A stretch of 64,000 nt of DNA from Yuukianura sp. NJ FZ-2021 (Eukaryota): the NCBI GenBank assembly GCA_046563655.1, contig CM102285.1, forward strand, positions 2,976,001-3,040,000. Reading direction: 5' to 3'. Below are positions 39,053-52,667 of the stretch, piece after piece. The notes below the pieces were generated by a model, which saw only the letters and a list, made by a program, of their open reading frames with translations, did not search any database and had not been told where the DNA came from. Made by a program: the position numbers and the translations under genes. Each line of letters opens with the position of its first letter. Position 1 is the first letter of the stretch.

Positions 39053-41062
39053 AAGTTAACTACGAAGTTTTGCCACACTAAACACAATCCATTTATAATT
39101 TCTCGAAAACTCTCAAAGTGTCAAATTCTAGAAATTTTGTATTAACTTTCACTGAGCTACTCGCAGAAGTTTCAACAGAACTATAGTTTTAAAGGCTGCA
39201 AAAAATTATCGTATTGTGCAAAAATGTCAGACATTTTTAAAACGTTGATCTCCGTGAATGACTTTCAGGAAACTAGTTCATTCTAAAGTAAAACCGAAAC
39301 TTTTTTTTCTGTCACGACTCTGGCTGCTGACGGGTAATTGTCTGTAAGGTCTAAAAATAAAACAGATCTGATGTTCTGTTCGCAATAGCTTCAGTTTATG
39401 GGGAGAAGCGCCATGATATATTGGAATGAGAAGCATTTTAGAGTTATGGATTTTGTGTAACATAAAATGGCAAAACTGAAGTGTTTGTCAATTTATTTTT
39501 CATCGATTTGGGTTCCTGTAGCAAGGTTTAACTGCCTAAAATCAATCAACTGCGTTCCTAATTTTTTATGTAGTAATAAAATGTAATTTTTAAGATCAAA
39601 TCTTGGCTTTTGGTTTTTTATAAATAAACACTTGTGCTTTTTTTTACTTCTGTTTTTAATTCAAAGGTTGAAACTATTGGGAATTTAGTAGCGGTAAAGT
39701 CCATCATTTTGGTGTTTAGGATACTTTGAAAGTGGTAAACAAAATGGAAATGAACTTAAAGTCAACAAATTGCATTTAGATTAACACTCACACAAAGTTT
39801 ATGGTTAAGGGGACAAAAATAATTGTAAGAATTGCCCATACTGATTAATTATACGAACTAATTGTAAATATTTGAATATTAATATTGAAATTAAAACTAA
39901 CCATGCATACATAATCAGTTAAAGGTTTCGTGACTTACATTAGTAAGGTTACCATGTATTGGCATGGGTATAAAGAAGAACTCTAATCTCATACAACGGC
40001 AAAAACATAAAGTTTTCCTTCGATACTTACTACACGCTTATGCTGCAAGCCAGTGAGGGTAAATAAAACTTAACAAAACAATGTCAAATCCCAAAACTCT
40101 GTAAGGTATCGAGCAACATCATTCACTTATCTATCCTGCAGAATCAACGTATACAAAGTTATAGCATATATTATTAACTTATAGCATATACAAAGCCCTT
40201 TTCCAAAAACTCGTTAATGTTTGCCAACCGTTCTAAAAACTTCGTAGGGTGGATGGTGGACTTCTTATTATTTTTGAAGTTTCCATGCGGTAAAAAAAAG
40301 TTAATGCGTTTGTAGTCACCTTCGCGCCTCATAAAAGTATCATCAACGTGACCGCCTTTTGTTCAGCAAGAATCACATTAGCGATATCCCTAAACTCCGG
40401 CTGGGTATTTGGAATTACAAAAGATGTTGTACCAATGCGGATTTTATACTGTACAGTGATATAAATTGACGCTTTAATTAGACAAATGAACTGAAATGCT
40501 GTAAGTTTGTTGGCTTTAACGTCAGCTACAACTAAAATAAAACGAACGTTAAAAACCCACAATTCTAAACCCACCTTTGAAATTTTAAAAAAGAAAAGTT
40601 TTAAAAAACTCAGTCAGCTCTTAGCTTTTTTTATTGTTTTTTTTTATTCGTTTGAGTTCTGAAATTCAAAGCGTTAACAACCAAGGACCGGAAACATTAA
40701 AAGAAATGGTAAACACCAGTTCCTTACACATGTACTGAAGCAAATTTAAAATTACTAGTTTTTAAAAATAGCATACAATACGCTGAAGTTTGCATGGTAA
40801 AACTTAGCAATGTAGTTATTAGCATTTCACACACGACTAGATTGTTCATTTAAGAGAAACTTAACCTCCGACATACTTTGACTTAAGCTCCTTTGGCATT
40901 AGATGCATTTTCGTTGGAGTTATGTTTTCCTAAAACTACGTTTAAGGAATTCCCTGTGCAGTACCAGTACAACAGCAGCCGTAGAGTAAAAAGTTTCATT
41001 TGGTTTTCATAAGACAATTGTTTTCCATTGTGATTAGGGTCGTAATGGTTGTATTTCACTCA

Positions 41063-43136
41063 TCACGTGACAGCAGGAATGACAAAGTTTGAATTTTCAA
41101 ACTGAATGATGATGATGGAAAATGTGAGGAGTAGACTGATGATCTGAAAAATTTAAAAAGAGAACTTAAGGACCTGCCGTAATCAATCATTCACAAAAAT
41201 CCTCCTCCCGCATATTCCCAAAAGACAAACAAAAATTGAAAGGAAGATAAGTTTTTACTTACAGTTCCAACAAAACCGGGAGAAACCATAAAGAATCCTG
41301 ATCCGTTGAAACCAATGTTGTGACTTGCCAAATCATGCAGAAAAATACTGAGCTGATTCGGAGACAAGTCGCTGAAATCCTTCTCTGTCAACAACCGTTC
41401 CTCAAGCATATGGGCCTACAAAATTTAAAAAAAAAAACACTTTTTAATGGTTTCCATTATCTTAAGCGTCAAAAAGAAAGAAAAATCACATTCTTGGAAG
41501 CACTTAAATAAGAAATGAAATTCAAGTCTCACGCGCATGCCTTTATGAAAACGTCTAAGAAAAAATTTTCTGAAAATAATTTTTGGTCACGCGCCCTAAA
41601 TAAAACTAATCCCCAAAAATACTAAGTCCCGCTTATGCAAGTTATATTCTTCAAATTTTGCATTTTCAAAACATCAGAAACAGAACAAAGTTCTAAAACT
41701 CAAAATTGAAACAGACCTTTTTGTTAATCTGAGCTGCCATAATCAAAAAACCAAATGAGTTTGTGAAGAACATCATATGCCGGAAGAATGTAGCAACGTT
41801 TGCTGGGTTGATGAATTCGAGCAGATTTGCAATGTAGTACGGAAGGCAGGCAATTGTGAGGCCAAAGGTCAACGACCCAATTGTCTTGTTTAACTTTCTG
41901 GACAAGCTTCTTAGAAGGTCGTACTCTTTGAGAATCTGTTTAGGCAACAAAGTTTCGAAAACTACAATTTTATGTACAGTTCAAGTTAACTTAATCAATT
42001 TTGTGAAAAAATTATACAAAACTATCCTTTTTTTCTGTTGAACCCACCTCACCACTGGAATATTCCTTTGCATTTTTGACAATGACGCTGAAATCTGCAA
42101 TTGAATCTGACATCATCATGGCAGCGGTGATTGCCAGCATTTCCATAGATGTTGTCACTTGTGTGTAGGCCAGAAGAAATATGTTTCGGAAAATCGCCAG
42201 CAAAAGTTGAACGGCGTATGGATAATTCTTATAGTTGTTTTCTCCAAAAAATATTTTTGAGGTGTTTTTTCCCCAAAATGAGAAAATTTCGTCCCACGTC
42301 CAGCTCCAGTTTCGAATAAAAAATCCAGAAATGAATGTAACTGGGTAAACTACGAACGGAAGCAGAGAAATAACAAACCAGATTTGGGCCTACAAAGAAA
42401 TTTAAAAAAAAAATACAGAATTTTTGTCAATTGTGAGCTACCCTCACTGAAACTAATTCAAATGTAAAACTTTTTCACACCGAAGATTTAAAAGCTGCAA
42501 TACGACAAGAAATGGAAGGTTTAATCTAAGAGAAAATTTTCATGCAGAAAGGAAGCTACTTTCCATTATGCAAAATGTTTTAAATACGTACCTTGACATT
42601 AGCGTTGCGACGAGCGTTTCGGATTGCTGATTGCTCTTCTTGTTCATGTAAGTGTTGAAAGAGTACCAGGAAACGATGTGATTTACACCAGATTGTTCGA
42701 AAGACGGTTGCGTAGTAAACAAAATTTGAAGCAACGCTGAACATTTCAAAATAAATTATTGGATCTAGTCTGTTCTTAGCTTCGGGATTCCGGATGTCAT
42801 CTACTGAATCTCGAAAACTAATTGCTTCTTCACAGACGCAAAGAATCATCACTAATACAGCAAAAGCCTAAAGATATCTTTCCTATTAAAATCTTTTAAT
42901 ATTATTGCCAAAATTTCACAAAATTTGCGTAAAGTGCCTGCCTTAATAAAACAAAACAAATAAAGCAGCGTTTTTTAACTTACCTTTTGACATCTATTCG
43001 TTCTCAACTGATATGTATTGGATTCCGGATCAAACGCAATTCGAAATGGTAGAATTGCAGCATAATAACAAAAATTAACATAAATTCGTAAATAGTGGAG
43101 CGGATTACCCCTGGTCACGCTCCGAAATTTCGGCAT
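41063..43136 (-). CDS. Gustatory-receptor-family 7TM chemoreceptor, tandem paralogue, 6 exons
   Basis: Starts MPKFRSVTRGNPLHYLRIYVNFCYYAAILPFRI at 43136. Ends ...LHDLASHNIGFNGSGFFMVSPGFVGT / IISLLLTFSIIIIQFENSNFVIPAVT*. Same exon layout as the neighbouring GR. Confidence 0.88.
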
Positions 43137-43676
43137 CACTTTTAACTCCAGTTTAAATGGATTCTCAATCGATATTTGTCTACAATGTGAACTAGTTAGT
43201 AGTCTCCAAACATTTGCGACAATATTTTTCGGTTTATGTTAATGCAGCAGATTTCAGCCGGATGCTCACCCGGTTACAACTGAAACCAGAAGTTGTAAAA
43301 AACTTTTTACAGATTTTACATGAAAGTGAGAAGAAAAGAAAGTGATTCGGTTAGAAACAAGCCAAGATTTGTGTCAATTGAAAAAAGTGAGCAGTAGCTG
43401 AAAATTAGAAGGGGTCTTTCTTGGCAAAAACCCATGAAATCTTGGAAATGACATTTGAAATGTAGCCAAAAAGAAAATATGAGGCTTCAAGAAAGATGAA
43501 ATTTAATACCAATTGACTCATTTCACTATTTTTCACTATAACACAAATGAAAATTGCTGTGAATTTGAAAATTATATTGGCATCAATTACGACGATAAAA
43601 ATGTAATTTTGTTGTAATTGTAGGTAGCGTCGTCAAACGCATGTCAGCATTGGCAACAAGCGTTACTTCAGGCGTG

Positions 43677-44992
43677 TTAGTCTGCCTTCGTTGAGCTTTT
43701 GAAATACGTATTTCGAAAAAACTGGGCAAAGAGAACGAAGTAGGAAGCAGACACGAATGTAGAAGCCAATGCAAAAGTCCAATTCGTTTCGCAATGTTGA
43801 CCTGACAACTTTGTCGCCACGGTAAATAGACTCGCTCCAAGAATCAAAACCATTTGTATGATTTGCATACAAGTAATTGCTTGAGATATCACTGGAGCCA
43901 CCCGAATGTTCAGCGCCTATAATGCAAAAATGAATCATACTTTTGCCAATCAATTGTTAACTTTCAAATACAAAGTCGCAGTAATATAACGATTAAGCTA
44001 GATTTCAGACATTGAACAGGAGAACGGCATTCCAGTCACTCCTGCCCAACTGAAAAACCCAAGGTTGCTATAGCAACCAATTGTATTGCTACAAGTAGCA
44101 ATCAACAATGTGCTTGTTTACCCACCTTGGAAAAACCTGAACTGGATTGATGATTGAAAAGTTGTTAAATACTTGTTCATGTCTTAATATGGTCATGATT
44201 AAGGAATATTTCGACAACATTAACTGACACATTCCAGAATATTGTTAAATTTACCTTGGCAGCGTAATAGGAGTACATAACGGAGTGTACGGTGTAATTG
44301 AGAGAACAAACCCATGCAGAAATTGGGCCATACGTATGATAAAACATCCAACAAATCCAGAAAATGCTCATGTGGTGATACCTACAGTTGTAATGGGGAA
44401 TCAGATATCATGATGATTTAATAGGATTAATATAAAAGTTATATTTTGTTACCAGTGCAAAAAAATAAGCGGACGTTTTCGAAGTACAATGAACACAGTA
44501 TCGCCGAATTCCAAAGCCTTACTCAAAACAAACATCAACGCCCAGTATCTGAAAGATGTTGACCAGTGATCACTGTAAGAAAATACCAAAATATGTCCTA
44601 AGTACATCGTTGTAACAAAATTAATAATTCCATACAAGAATTTTTCGTAATAATGTATAAATCCAAATGTGTTTTGATTGCATTAACGTATTGTCGTTAA
44701 CTTATTACTTGCGACATATCGAAGTGTACAAGGGATTGCTAGTTTGAAACAGTCCAGCGATTTCCGGCAGAGTGTTTACAGCTCCAAACAAACTGAATAT
44801 TGCCAAAAATGCGTTCCAGAGGAACAGAGGTGTTTTGAGCTCATAGGCTCTACGATTTCGCAATTTACGTTGGCCCAAGGATATCCCAGTGAGATACACA
44901 CAAATGAGTGGGTACACGAAAGCCATTCGGTTGTACGAAAACCACTCCCGCCATCTACGTTCAGATGCAGCCTCTAGTCTCCACAAATCCAT
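43677..44992 (-). CDS. ELOVL6: Very-long-chain fatty acid elongase, ELOVL6/3 subfamily, copy a; 4 exons, intact
   Basis: Spliced frame gives [42 protein letters not shown] (His box split by an intron), [13 protein letters not shown] and ITCMQIIQM. The symbol is at subfamily level; orthology is untested. Confidence 0.93.
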
Positions 44993-46586
44993 GCTTTGTT
45001 TACTGCAACAAAACTGATTACAGATTTGTCACAAATGTTCACCGGGAAAAGAATAGAATCGAATAAAATTCAATTCAAGCAATGTGAAAAATTAACCGAT
45101 TTTTCCAAGATTTGTCTTTTTCTTTACAACGTCTACCGAAGAAAAATTTGCTGAGAGGAGAAATCCGCCGTTTAAATGTACGTAGACGCTTTATATAACT
45201 CCGTACATTGCTGGATTCCCTACACTAGAGTTAACTGGGTTTCATATCATCTTGCAAGATTGAACATCGAATGTTGTCGGCGTTGCGAAAATTTCCCACG
45301 ACTTTAGAATAAATATTTTCCAAATTTATGTTTGTATTAATATATCAGTGTTTCGTATCCAGTTCTTCAAAGTTATCATGGAATCACCGGAACGCCATTA
45401 GTTTTTCTCACGGATCAACCCCTTCAAAGCTTTCAAAGCTTGTGTCCTCACTGTATAATGAAATATATATAAGGTAATATTCAATTTAGACTCATATAGG
45501 TCGTAGGTAGATTTGCTGAATATGATTAAATGAAAGTGAAAACAATAATTGCCAAGTTCCCTGGCAGCATGTTTATCTGCTTGCATAGTTACGGAATAAC
45601 GAATACGTCATTCGATAGACGGAGTAGGCATTAATGCATGAGAAAATATGAAATTGTGACGTTTGAGTTCCGAGTTCTCTCCACTTAGAAGCTTATTAGT
45701 TGTTTACAGAGTTGGATTATTATGTAGACAAGTTTTGCTTAACCTCCAAAAATATACAAACGTAAATAGTGAATTGGAGGAACAATAAAGTGGTCTTCGT
45801 CATTGCATACGTCTCTGTGGAAACATAGAAAGGCCTTATAAGCTTCGCGTACGAAAAATGAAACAAAATGGCTTGGTAAAACTCTTTTGCAGAAAAAGCG
45901 GAAAAGATTCGCGGGTTCACTTAAGTCTTACGAATACCTTGGAAACTAGGGGGGTCAAAATTGGGCTGTAACTCACGAATTGAATGGTGATGTGGCTCAG
46001 CATAGGAATGTCGTACAGTGACGTACAATATATCAAACCTAAAACACTTTATTTAGTATCATTCAAGAAAAAAATACAATATGTTATTTGTAACTATTAA
46101 AAAAAATCAATCCAAATGAAATGAAACGTGCGATAAAATTTATAATAATCGACATTTTAGTTCGAAACAAACAGCGTCTGATTAATAATCGAGTAAAAGT
46201 GTGGGGAAAACACTATAACAAAATATTTCAAAATGTATTTGCCAATGTTGTAACTCTTAAATAAGCGAAGCACTTTTACATAAAAGCGATTACAAACTGC
46301 ATCTATTTCCAAGTTAAATAGAATAATAGGGAAGGTCTTATCCAGATTGTTTTTCAAAACTAGTTGCTACGGGAATTTTATCACTCCCCGTGACGCCGTG
46401 TACAGTGCTGGCAAACATCATCATATTAATTATATTATATTTCATCATATTAACCTTCAAACGTTCGACGCTAATTTAAAAATAGCTTAAAACTCATAGA
46501 GTTGTCAGGGGGATTTTTGGTTTCTTTCTCTTTACCTAGAGTGGACATCGATGAATTTTTTAAACAAAATGTTTGAGATAATTTAG

Positions 46587-47798
46587 TTAGTTTGCTTTCG
46601 TTGTGTTTTTCAAATACGTATTTCGAAAAAACTGGGTAAAGAGAACGAAGTAGGAAGCAGACACGAACGTAGAAGCCAATGTAAAACTCCAACCCGTTTC
46701 GCAATGTTGACCTAATAATTTTGTCACTACGGCAAATAGACTCGTTCCAAGACCCAATACCATTTGTATGATTTGCATAGACGTAATTCCTTGAGATATC
46801 ACTGGAGCCACCCGAATGTTGAGCGCCTATAATACAAATACGAATAATAGTTTTACAACTCTACGGTTAACTTAAATAATAGACACTTAGGCGAGGAGGT
46901 CTTGTTAGAGTTGGATGTTATGCTAATGAATTGGGAATCAAGCTTGAACCGTTGCTTGGGTCCACCACAGGTAGGTTAACTTGAACGTTGTTAAATATGG
47001 GTTGATGTCTAAATATTGGTGACATCAGACAAATTCTTCAACAACTGACACGTTTTGCAAAAATGTTAAATTTACCCTGACAGCGTAGTAGGAGTACATT
47101 ACGGAGTGGACGGTGTAATTGAGGGCACAAAACCATGCAGAAATAGAGCCATAAGTATGATAAAATATCCAACACGTCCAGAAAATGCTGATGTGGTGAT
47201 ACCTACAGTGTAATGGCAAATCGAGCAAATTATATTTAATCATGCTCATTAACTATAATTAACCCTAAAGTTATAATAGTTTACCAGTGCAAAAAAATAA
47301 GCGGCCGTTTTCGAAGTACAATAAACACAGTGTCGCCGAATTCCAATGCTTTAGTCAAAACAAACAGCAAGCGCCAGTATCTGAAAGATGTTGACCAGTG
47401 GTCACTGTAACAAAATATCAAAATATTTCTTAGTCCGTCGTAACAACGTTACTAATTCCGTACTGAAATTTTTTCCAAAAATGTACAAAAATAAAATACG
47501 TATTGACAACTTGCTTGTGGCATGCGGAAGTGTACATGGCATTGTTAAATTTAAACAGTCCAACCATTTCTGGCAGGATGTTGACAGCTCCAAATATACT
47601 GAATACAGCTAAAAATGAGTTCCAGAGAAACAGAGGTGTTTTGAGGTCATAGGCTTTACGATTGCGCATTTGACGTTGCGCCAAGTAAATCCCAGTGAGA
47701 TACACACAAATGAGTGGGTACACGACAGCATTTCGGTTGTACGAAAACCACTCCTGCCATCGACGTTCAGCTGCAGCGTCAAATGTCCACAAATTCAT
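46587..47798 (-). CDS. ELOVL6: ELOVL6/3-subfamily elongase, copy b; 4 exons, intron 1 needs a GC donor
   Basis: Same motifs ([38 protein letters not shown]). Exon 1 47798-47515 is 284 nt, as in copies a and c, but is followed by GCAAGT. Confidence 0.88.
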
Positions 47799-48824
47799 AC
47801 TTTCTTTACCGCAAGAAAACTGATTATCGATTTGTCGAAAATTTTTACCGGCCAAAACCACAAAAGCAAATTAACGTGAAATCCAAAAACGTGGAAAATT
47901 ACTTTAGCTAAACTTTAGCCAAACAAAAATTAAAACTTTTAGCCAAAACGAAAGATGAGGACTAGACACATTCATAGATTATTACTAGTTTAATTAGACT
48001 AAGACCACATTCGTGGGTTCTAATTAAGGTTTGGTAAAAACAAATTGTACATGCTCGCGTATAAATGATAAATAAATTTCAGATTTCAACTTCCACATAA
48101 TTAATTGAGCAATATTGCAGCATCGAGCGTCATGTCGACGTTGAGGAAATTTCACACCACTATAAAATAGCAAAGTTCCAAGTTTATAATTGCATCAAGA
48201 TTCGCGTATGTTTTACTATATTCGTCAGAGAACATAGAAAAACCAACAGTTTTCTCAAGAATCAAGGCCTTCAATGAAAACTCTCTTTAATTTAAACTCA
48301 CACATTACGTAGATTATTTGCTGGATAAAATTAAACTAGTATAATCAAGCACAATAATGCCCAGCATAATAGCTTCTCATCTCATGACGACATACCTATG
48401 ACGATATATGGCTTGCGTAAGCAATTCGTCGCACGTAATCGGAAAATAATGCATGAGACAACATTAAATATTATAAAATACTTTGACGTGAACTTATACC
48501 TTTGACGTGTTTCCAATTAAAACCTTATTTAGTAATTAAAAAGTTGAGTGATGATTTTAATTGAGTTTTATCCAGAGTCCAAAAAATTTCAACGTAAATA
48601 ATGAATTTTAATGCACAAAACAACAAAACTTCCGTCATTGTTTGCGTCTCTGCGGAAACATAGTTGATTTATAGAATTTATTGCAAGGTAAAATCGCCTT
48701 TTATACGATTAGTTGATAATTTGATTTTGACTTGATTATAAGATTGCAATCAAAGGCAAAAACCAAAAACAAACTAACGAAAAACTAAAGTTGTTTAACA
48801 TAATATTTTGTCTAATTCGGTCAT

Positions 48825-50209
48825 CTACGACGAGAGTACGATAGATATAGAGTGATAACGTAAGCCGCTGTGAGACCAAAACATGTATGTTAATATTTGC
48901 CCATCACAAATGTCTTTGCATGCTGTGATGAATGCTTCTACACTTCCCTCGTCTGGAAACGCTTGATGCAATTTTTCAATAACAAGATTCATGTCAGCAA
49001 TTGTGCTTAACAGACGACGGTAAGTTTTATCAAAACTCTGATGAACTGGAATCATTTTTCGCACAACTCTGCGCAAAATTTCATTTTTCTCTGCTTCGTT
49101 TCCTACAGTGTCACCATGTAATCCAACAATATCGTTCAAGTAGACACCAAACTCCGTGACACACTTTACCAATGTTTGGAAAAGTAATGTTTTTCGGATT
49201 TTGTGAACATTAATCTTCTGCATTTCCACGTAGAATTCAAGATAAACTTCAGCGCCAATGTCGTGTCTTCGAAAGTGCTTCAACGTTTCTTCTCCAAACG
49301 TTACACTCTTGTCTGCTTTAGACATCAACACCGCTCCTTCCAAGGCATGCGTAAGCGCTGTTACTGTGTGTTTCCAACATGGTTCCGATAATTCTGCGTT
49401 GACCTTCTTCCAAGTCTGCGCAAGGACAGAAAACTTTTCCTCTGCTGGCGGATAAACTGAACTGATGCGTTTTCCAAGGTTGCTAAACTTCTCGTCGTTG
49501 CTTAATGGCCCCTCCAAATCACTTTTCTTGACCTCTGCCCATGCGCGTCGATATAGGTGCCAACATCGTCAAAAACCTTGTTTTCCTCAAAGGCGTCATC
49601 CGTATGGTACCCTGATACAATGGCGTCTAGACCTATTTCAAAAATGGTTGACTTTGCATCAAAACGTGGAAAACCAAGAGCAACGCAGACAATAAGTGCG
49701 TTCAGCGTTTTCGACAGCTCTTCTTCATCCAGTTCCTGTAAGAATGAGCGCAGTCGTTTGGTTGTAACACTTAATAGGTGATCTTGTTCTGCTTTTGTGA
49801 GGTCAAAGTAGTTCGAAATTGGGTAAGACCTTATGAAAAAAATAAAATTAATAAAATAAATCATAATAAACTTCATTGCGACTAAAATAAGTAGTAATTT
49901 TGAAAATATTTGAATAAAAATAAGAAAATATAAGTTCAAATTCCAACGATGCAATTCAAATATTTGGACTTTGAAGGATTTTTTTTGTTAACTAGAAAAA
50001 TGTAATATTTTAGATGCATGAATTTTAGAAATAGGTTCTACGTTTTACTTCCGAGAATGGAAAAGTTCGATTTCACCACCCAAATTTTCTGCAATTCCAA
50101 ACTGGGGGTGATCAATGGTTTCCAAATTGAACTTAACTTTCACTTTGTCCGATGCAATTGAACAAGGAAATTTAAAACGAAATGCTCCATCGTCTCCATT
50201 AGAAACCAT
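48825..50209 (-). CDS. Microbial-type class I terpene synthase (Terpene_syn_C_2/isoprenoid-synthase fold), about 390 aa; one intron and one frameshift (pseudogene or assembly error)
   Basis: Exon 1 50209-50049, a GT-AG intron of 219 nt, then exon 2 from 49829. Motifs fall in canonical order: GFPR, HTDDAFEE (DDxxD/E), FRRHDIG (pyrophosphate-sensor Arg), YLNDIVGLHGD (NSE/DTE-like), EKNEI and WSHSGLRY (WxxxxxRY). The frame changes between 49568 and 49505. Confidence 0.82.
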
Positions 50210-51050
50210 ATTTAACGTAGTAGTTTTAACGTCCTTAGGAACTATTTGCACTCTAAAGTGATACACTTTGCGTGGTGGGATTTTTCTAGCAATACTACAT
50301 AAAATCAAAAATTCTACAGACGAAGCAAGTTGTTATCCAATGCCATCCTCGGAAGGACATGCAAATATTTTTTTGTAACTACTATTGGGTAATCGCGCTC
50401 ACACAGACTCAATGATGTCAGTCTTTAATACTCTTGTTTTTTGGTTGATTTAAAGAAAACAAAACATGCAGTTTTTATATTTACTGGGGAATACCTGGTT
50501 GGAAAACTGATATAACGTGTTTCAGTCGGACACTCCAAGAATGCCGAAGGACCACAAGTTTTAGCACATTATTGAAGGAACAACACCAAAAAAGTGGTCA
50601 CTAACCATTTATTGGCTCAAATGCAGCTTATAAATTTGTAATACGGAGTAGAAATATTTCATATTCCGTAGTATATATAACTACTATAGTAAATTTAATT
50701 ATTGATTTTTGTAACTCTTTTTTTAATAATGTGTTCTTCTGTTTTTGTAATAATTTTCATAATCGAGAAAATCTATCATGCCCGCCCGTCGTGCATAACT
50801 TTTACTAAACTTAAGTTTACTTTCAGCAAAAAATATTTCAAAAACCATTGTTTTTTTTATTGGAAGGAATAATGTTCGCAAAATACGGGTTTGGCAATGT
50901 TGATGCTGGATTTACCAAGGCAATTTCGTGTGGGGTCGAAGAAAAATTCAAGGTGAACAACAAATTGAACTTCTTTTGAGATTTCCAGTAACTGAATATT
51001 AGTTGTACTAAAGTGAAAACACACTAAAAACTTATTTCAGTTCATAAAAA

Positions 51051-52016
51051 ATGGTGCAAACTTTGAAATTTGTAATTTTGCTCCTTACTGTTGGATTGTG
51101 TAATGGTAATCCTATGGACCAAAGCAATGGAGGCCAATCACAGTTGTCTGGAACTGAGCTCCTTGAAAAGTTTGAATAAACTTTATTTAAACATTTTTCT
51201 ACAAACCTCTTATAGCTTTTTGTTTTGCTCGAATTTCATGCTTGGCTCACATAACGTATAGTAACTATGTGATTATAGTTACATTATTTCACTTTTATTT
51301 ATTGTGCGTTGCTGTTTTTGGTAGGATGAGGGAGTGCGTGAAGTCAAGCTTCAATAGTCGATTTCACAATGAAACGCAACAGTGCTACGAAATTGGTTCA
51401 GCAGGACCGTGTGGAAATAATACCAACATGATTTTTCTTACGGAAGACAGTGAGGAAGACCACGGCCATTACGGGTCATGTCAATGCAAACAAGCGCGGA
51501 GAATAACCGCCTATTACTCGGCACATGGAAGGTGTTATTCCGTTTACGACCAGGTAACATGTGGTAAAGCGTTAGCAAAAATGGTCACATACTTTTTCCA
51601 TTTGGCACTACTATTTTATTTAATTTGCGCGAGTAGTCATATTTCCAACTGGTTGTTTCAAATTTTAGGGTTATTGCCCTGAAGGATATTTTTTGAGCCC
51701 TGCGCATGAGGATTCTGCTGAAATCGGATGCCAGGAGAATACATGTTTCCAGCCAGGGGTTCCGGACTTGATTCCATTTGAAGGAGACTGTGTCGAAATC
51801 GGATCACGTTGTGATACAGAAAGCGCAGAAGACGAATATGACACTTACAGACGGAAGAGAATTCAAATTGGGGATGATGGATATACGCTGTTTTGTGGGT
51901 ATCCAAACTATTCTGCGTTTTCAATTGCAGGAATCGTTGCAACTTGTCCAAGGGGCACGTACACAACACGGTACCTGACTTGCAGACGCGTCATTTTCAA
52001 TGCCGACGATTGGTAA
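51051..52016 (+). CDS. Secreted Cys-rich DUF4789-like protein, 3 exons
   Basis: Exons 51051-51169 (signal peptide), 51325-51553 and 51669-52016. Repeats CYEIGSAGPC and GRCYSVYDQGYCPEG match the arthropod DUF4789 CY...QGPC pattern. The first donor (GTTTGA) is weak. Confidence 0.75.
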
Positions 52017-52667
52017 ATGCTGGAACAAATGAACGCGAATTTGAGAGAGGATTCAATATACAAAAAATTCGTATTCGTTAAGAATAAAGCCTACACTGAA
52101 AATGTTAATTCTATTTTCGGTCGCAATTTTTAAACATACTCCTCGTGCCGGTTATTTTTGCAACGAAAGCAGTGAAGTCTCAAGCTTTGGTACAAGAACA
52201 AATGCTGATCTAATCTACTTTTCCCTAAAGTGTTGCATCACATGGTATAACTTTCGCGTCACATATGACCCTCAATTGCAAATTCTGGTTTGACAGTTTG
52301 TTTACATATGAGAGAGATCCTCCAAAATTTAAGGCTTTACGGTATCCCGCGCTGGAGGGGGGTGGGGAATATGGCTGTAACTTACGAATTGAAAAGCTGC
52401 ATCTGTTTCAATGGTAAGTAGAATTTTAATAGGTAAGGTCTTTAACGGATTGTTTTTCCAAACCTGGTTGCTATACGGGAATTTTACCACTCCCCTTGGC
52501 GCCATGTAGCGCTGCTAGACGTTTTCCTCATTTTAGCTACCAAACTTTTGCCGGTAATATAAAAATAGCTTAAAAACTCATAAAACTGTGAAGGTGATTT
52601 TTGCTTTTTTTTTCGTTTTAAATAGAGTGGACATCTATGCATTTTATAAACAAAATTTTTGAAACAA

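Noticed and set aside
48825-50209. Bacterial or fungal contamination as the source of the terpene synthase
   Set aside because: The gene is contiguous with, and was co-duplicated with, intron-bearing animal ELOVL genes, and has its own AT-rich GT-AG intron.
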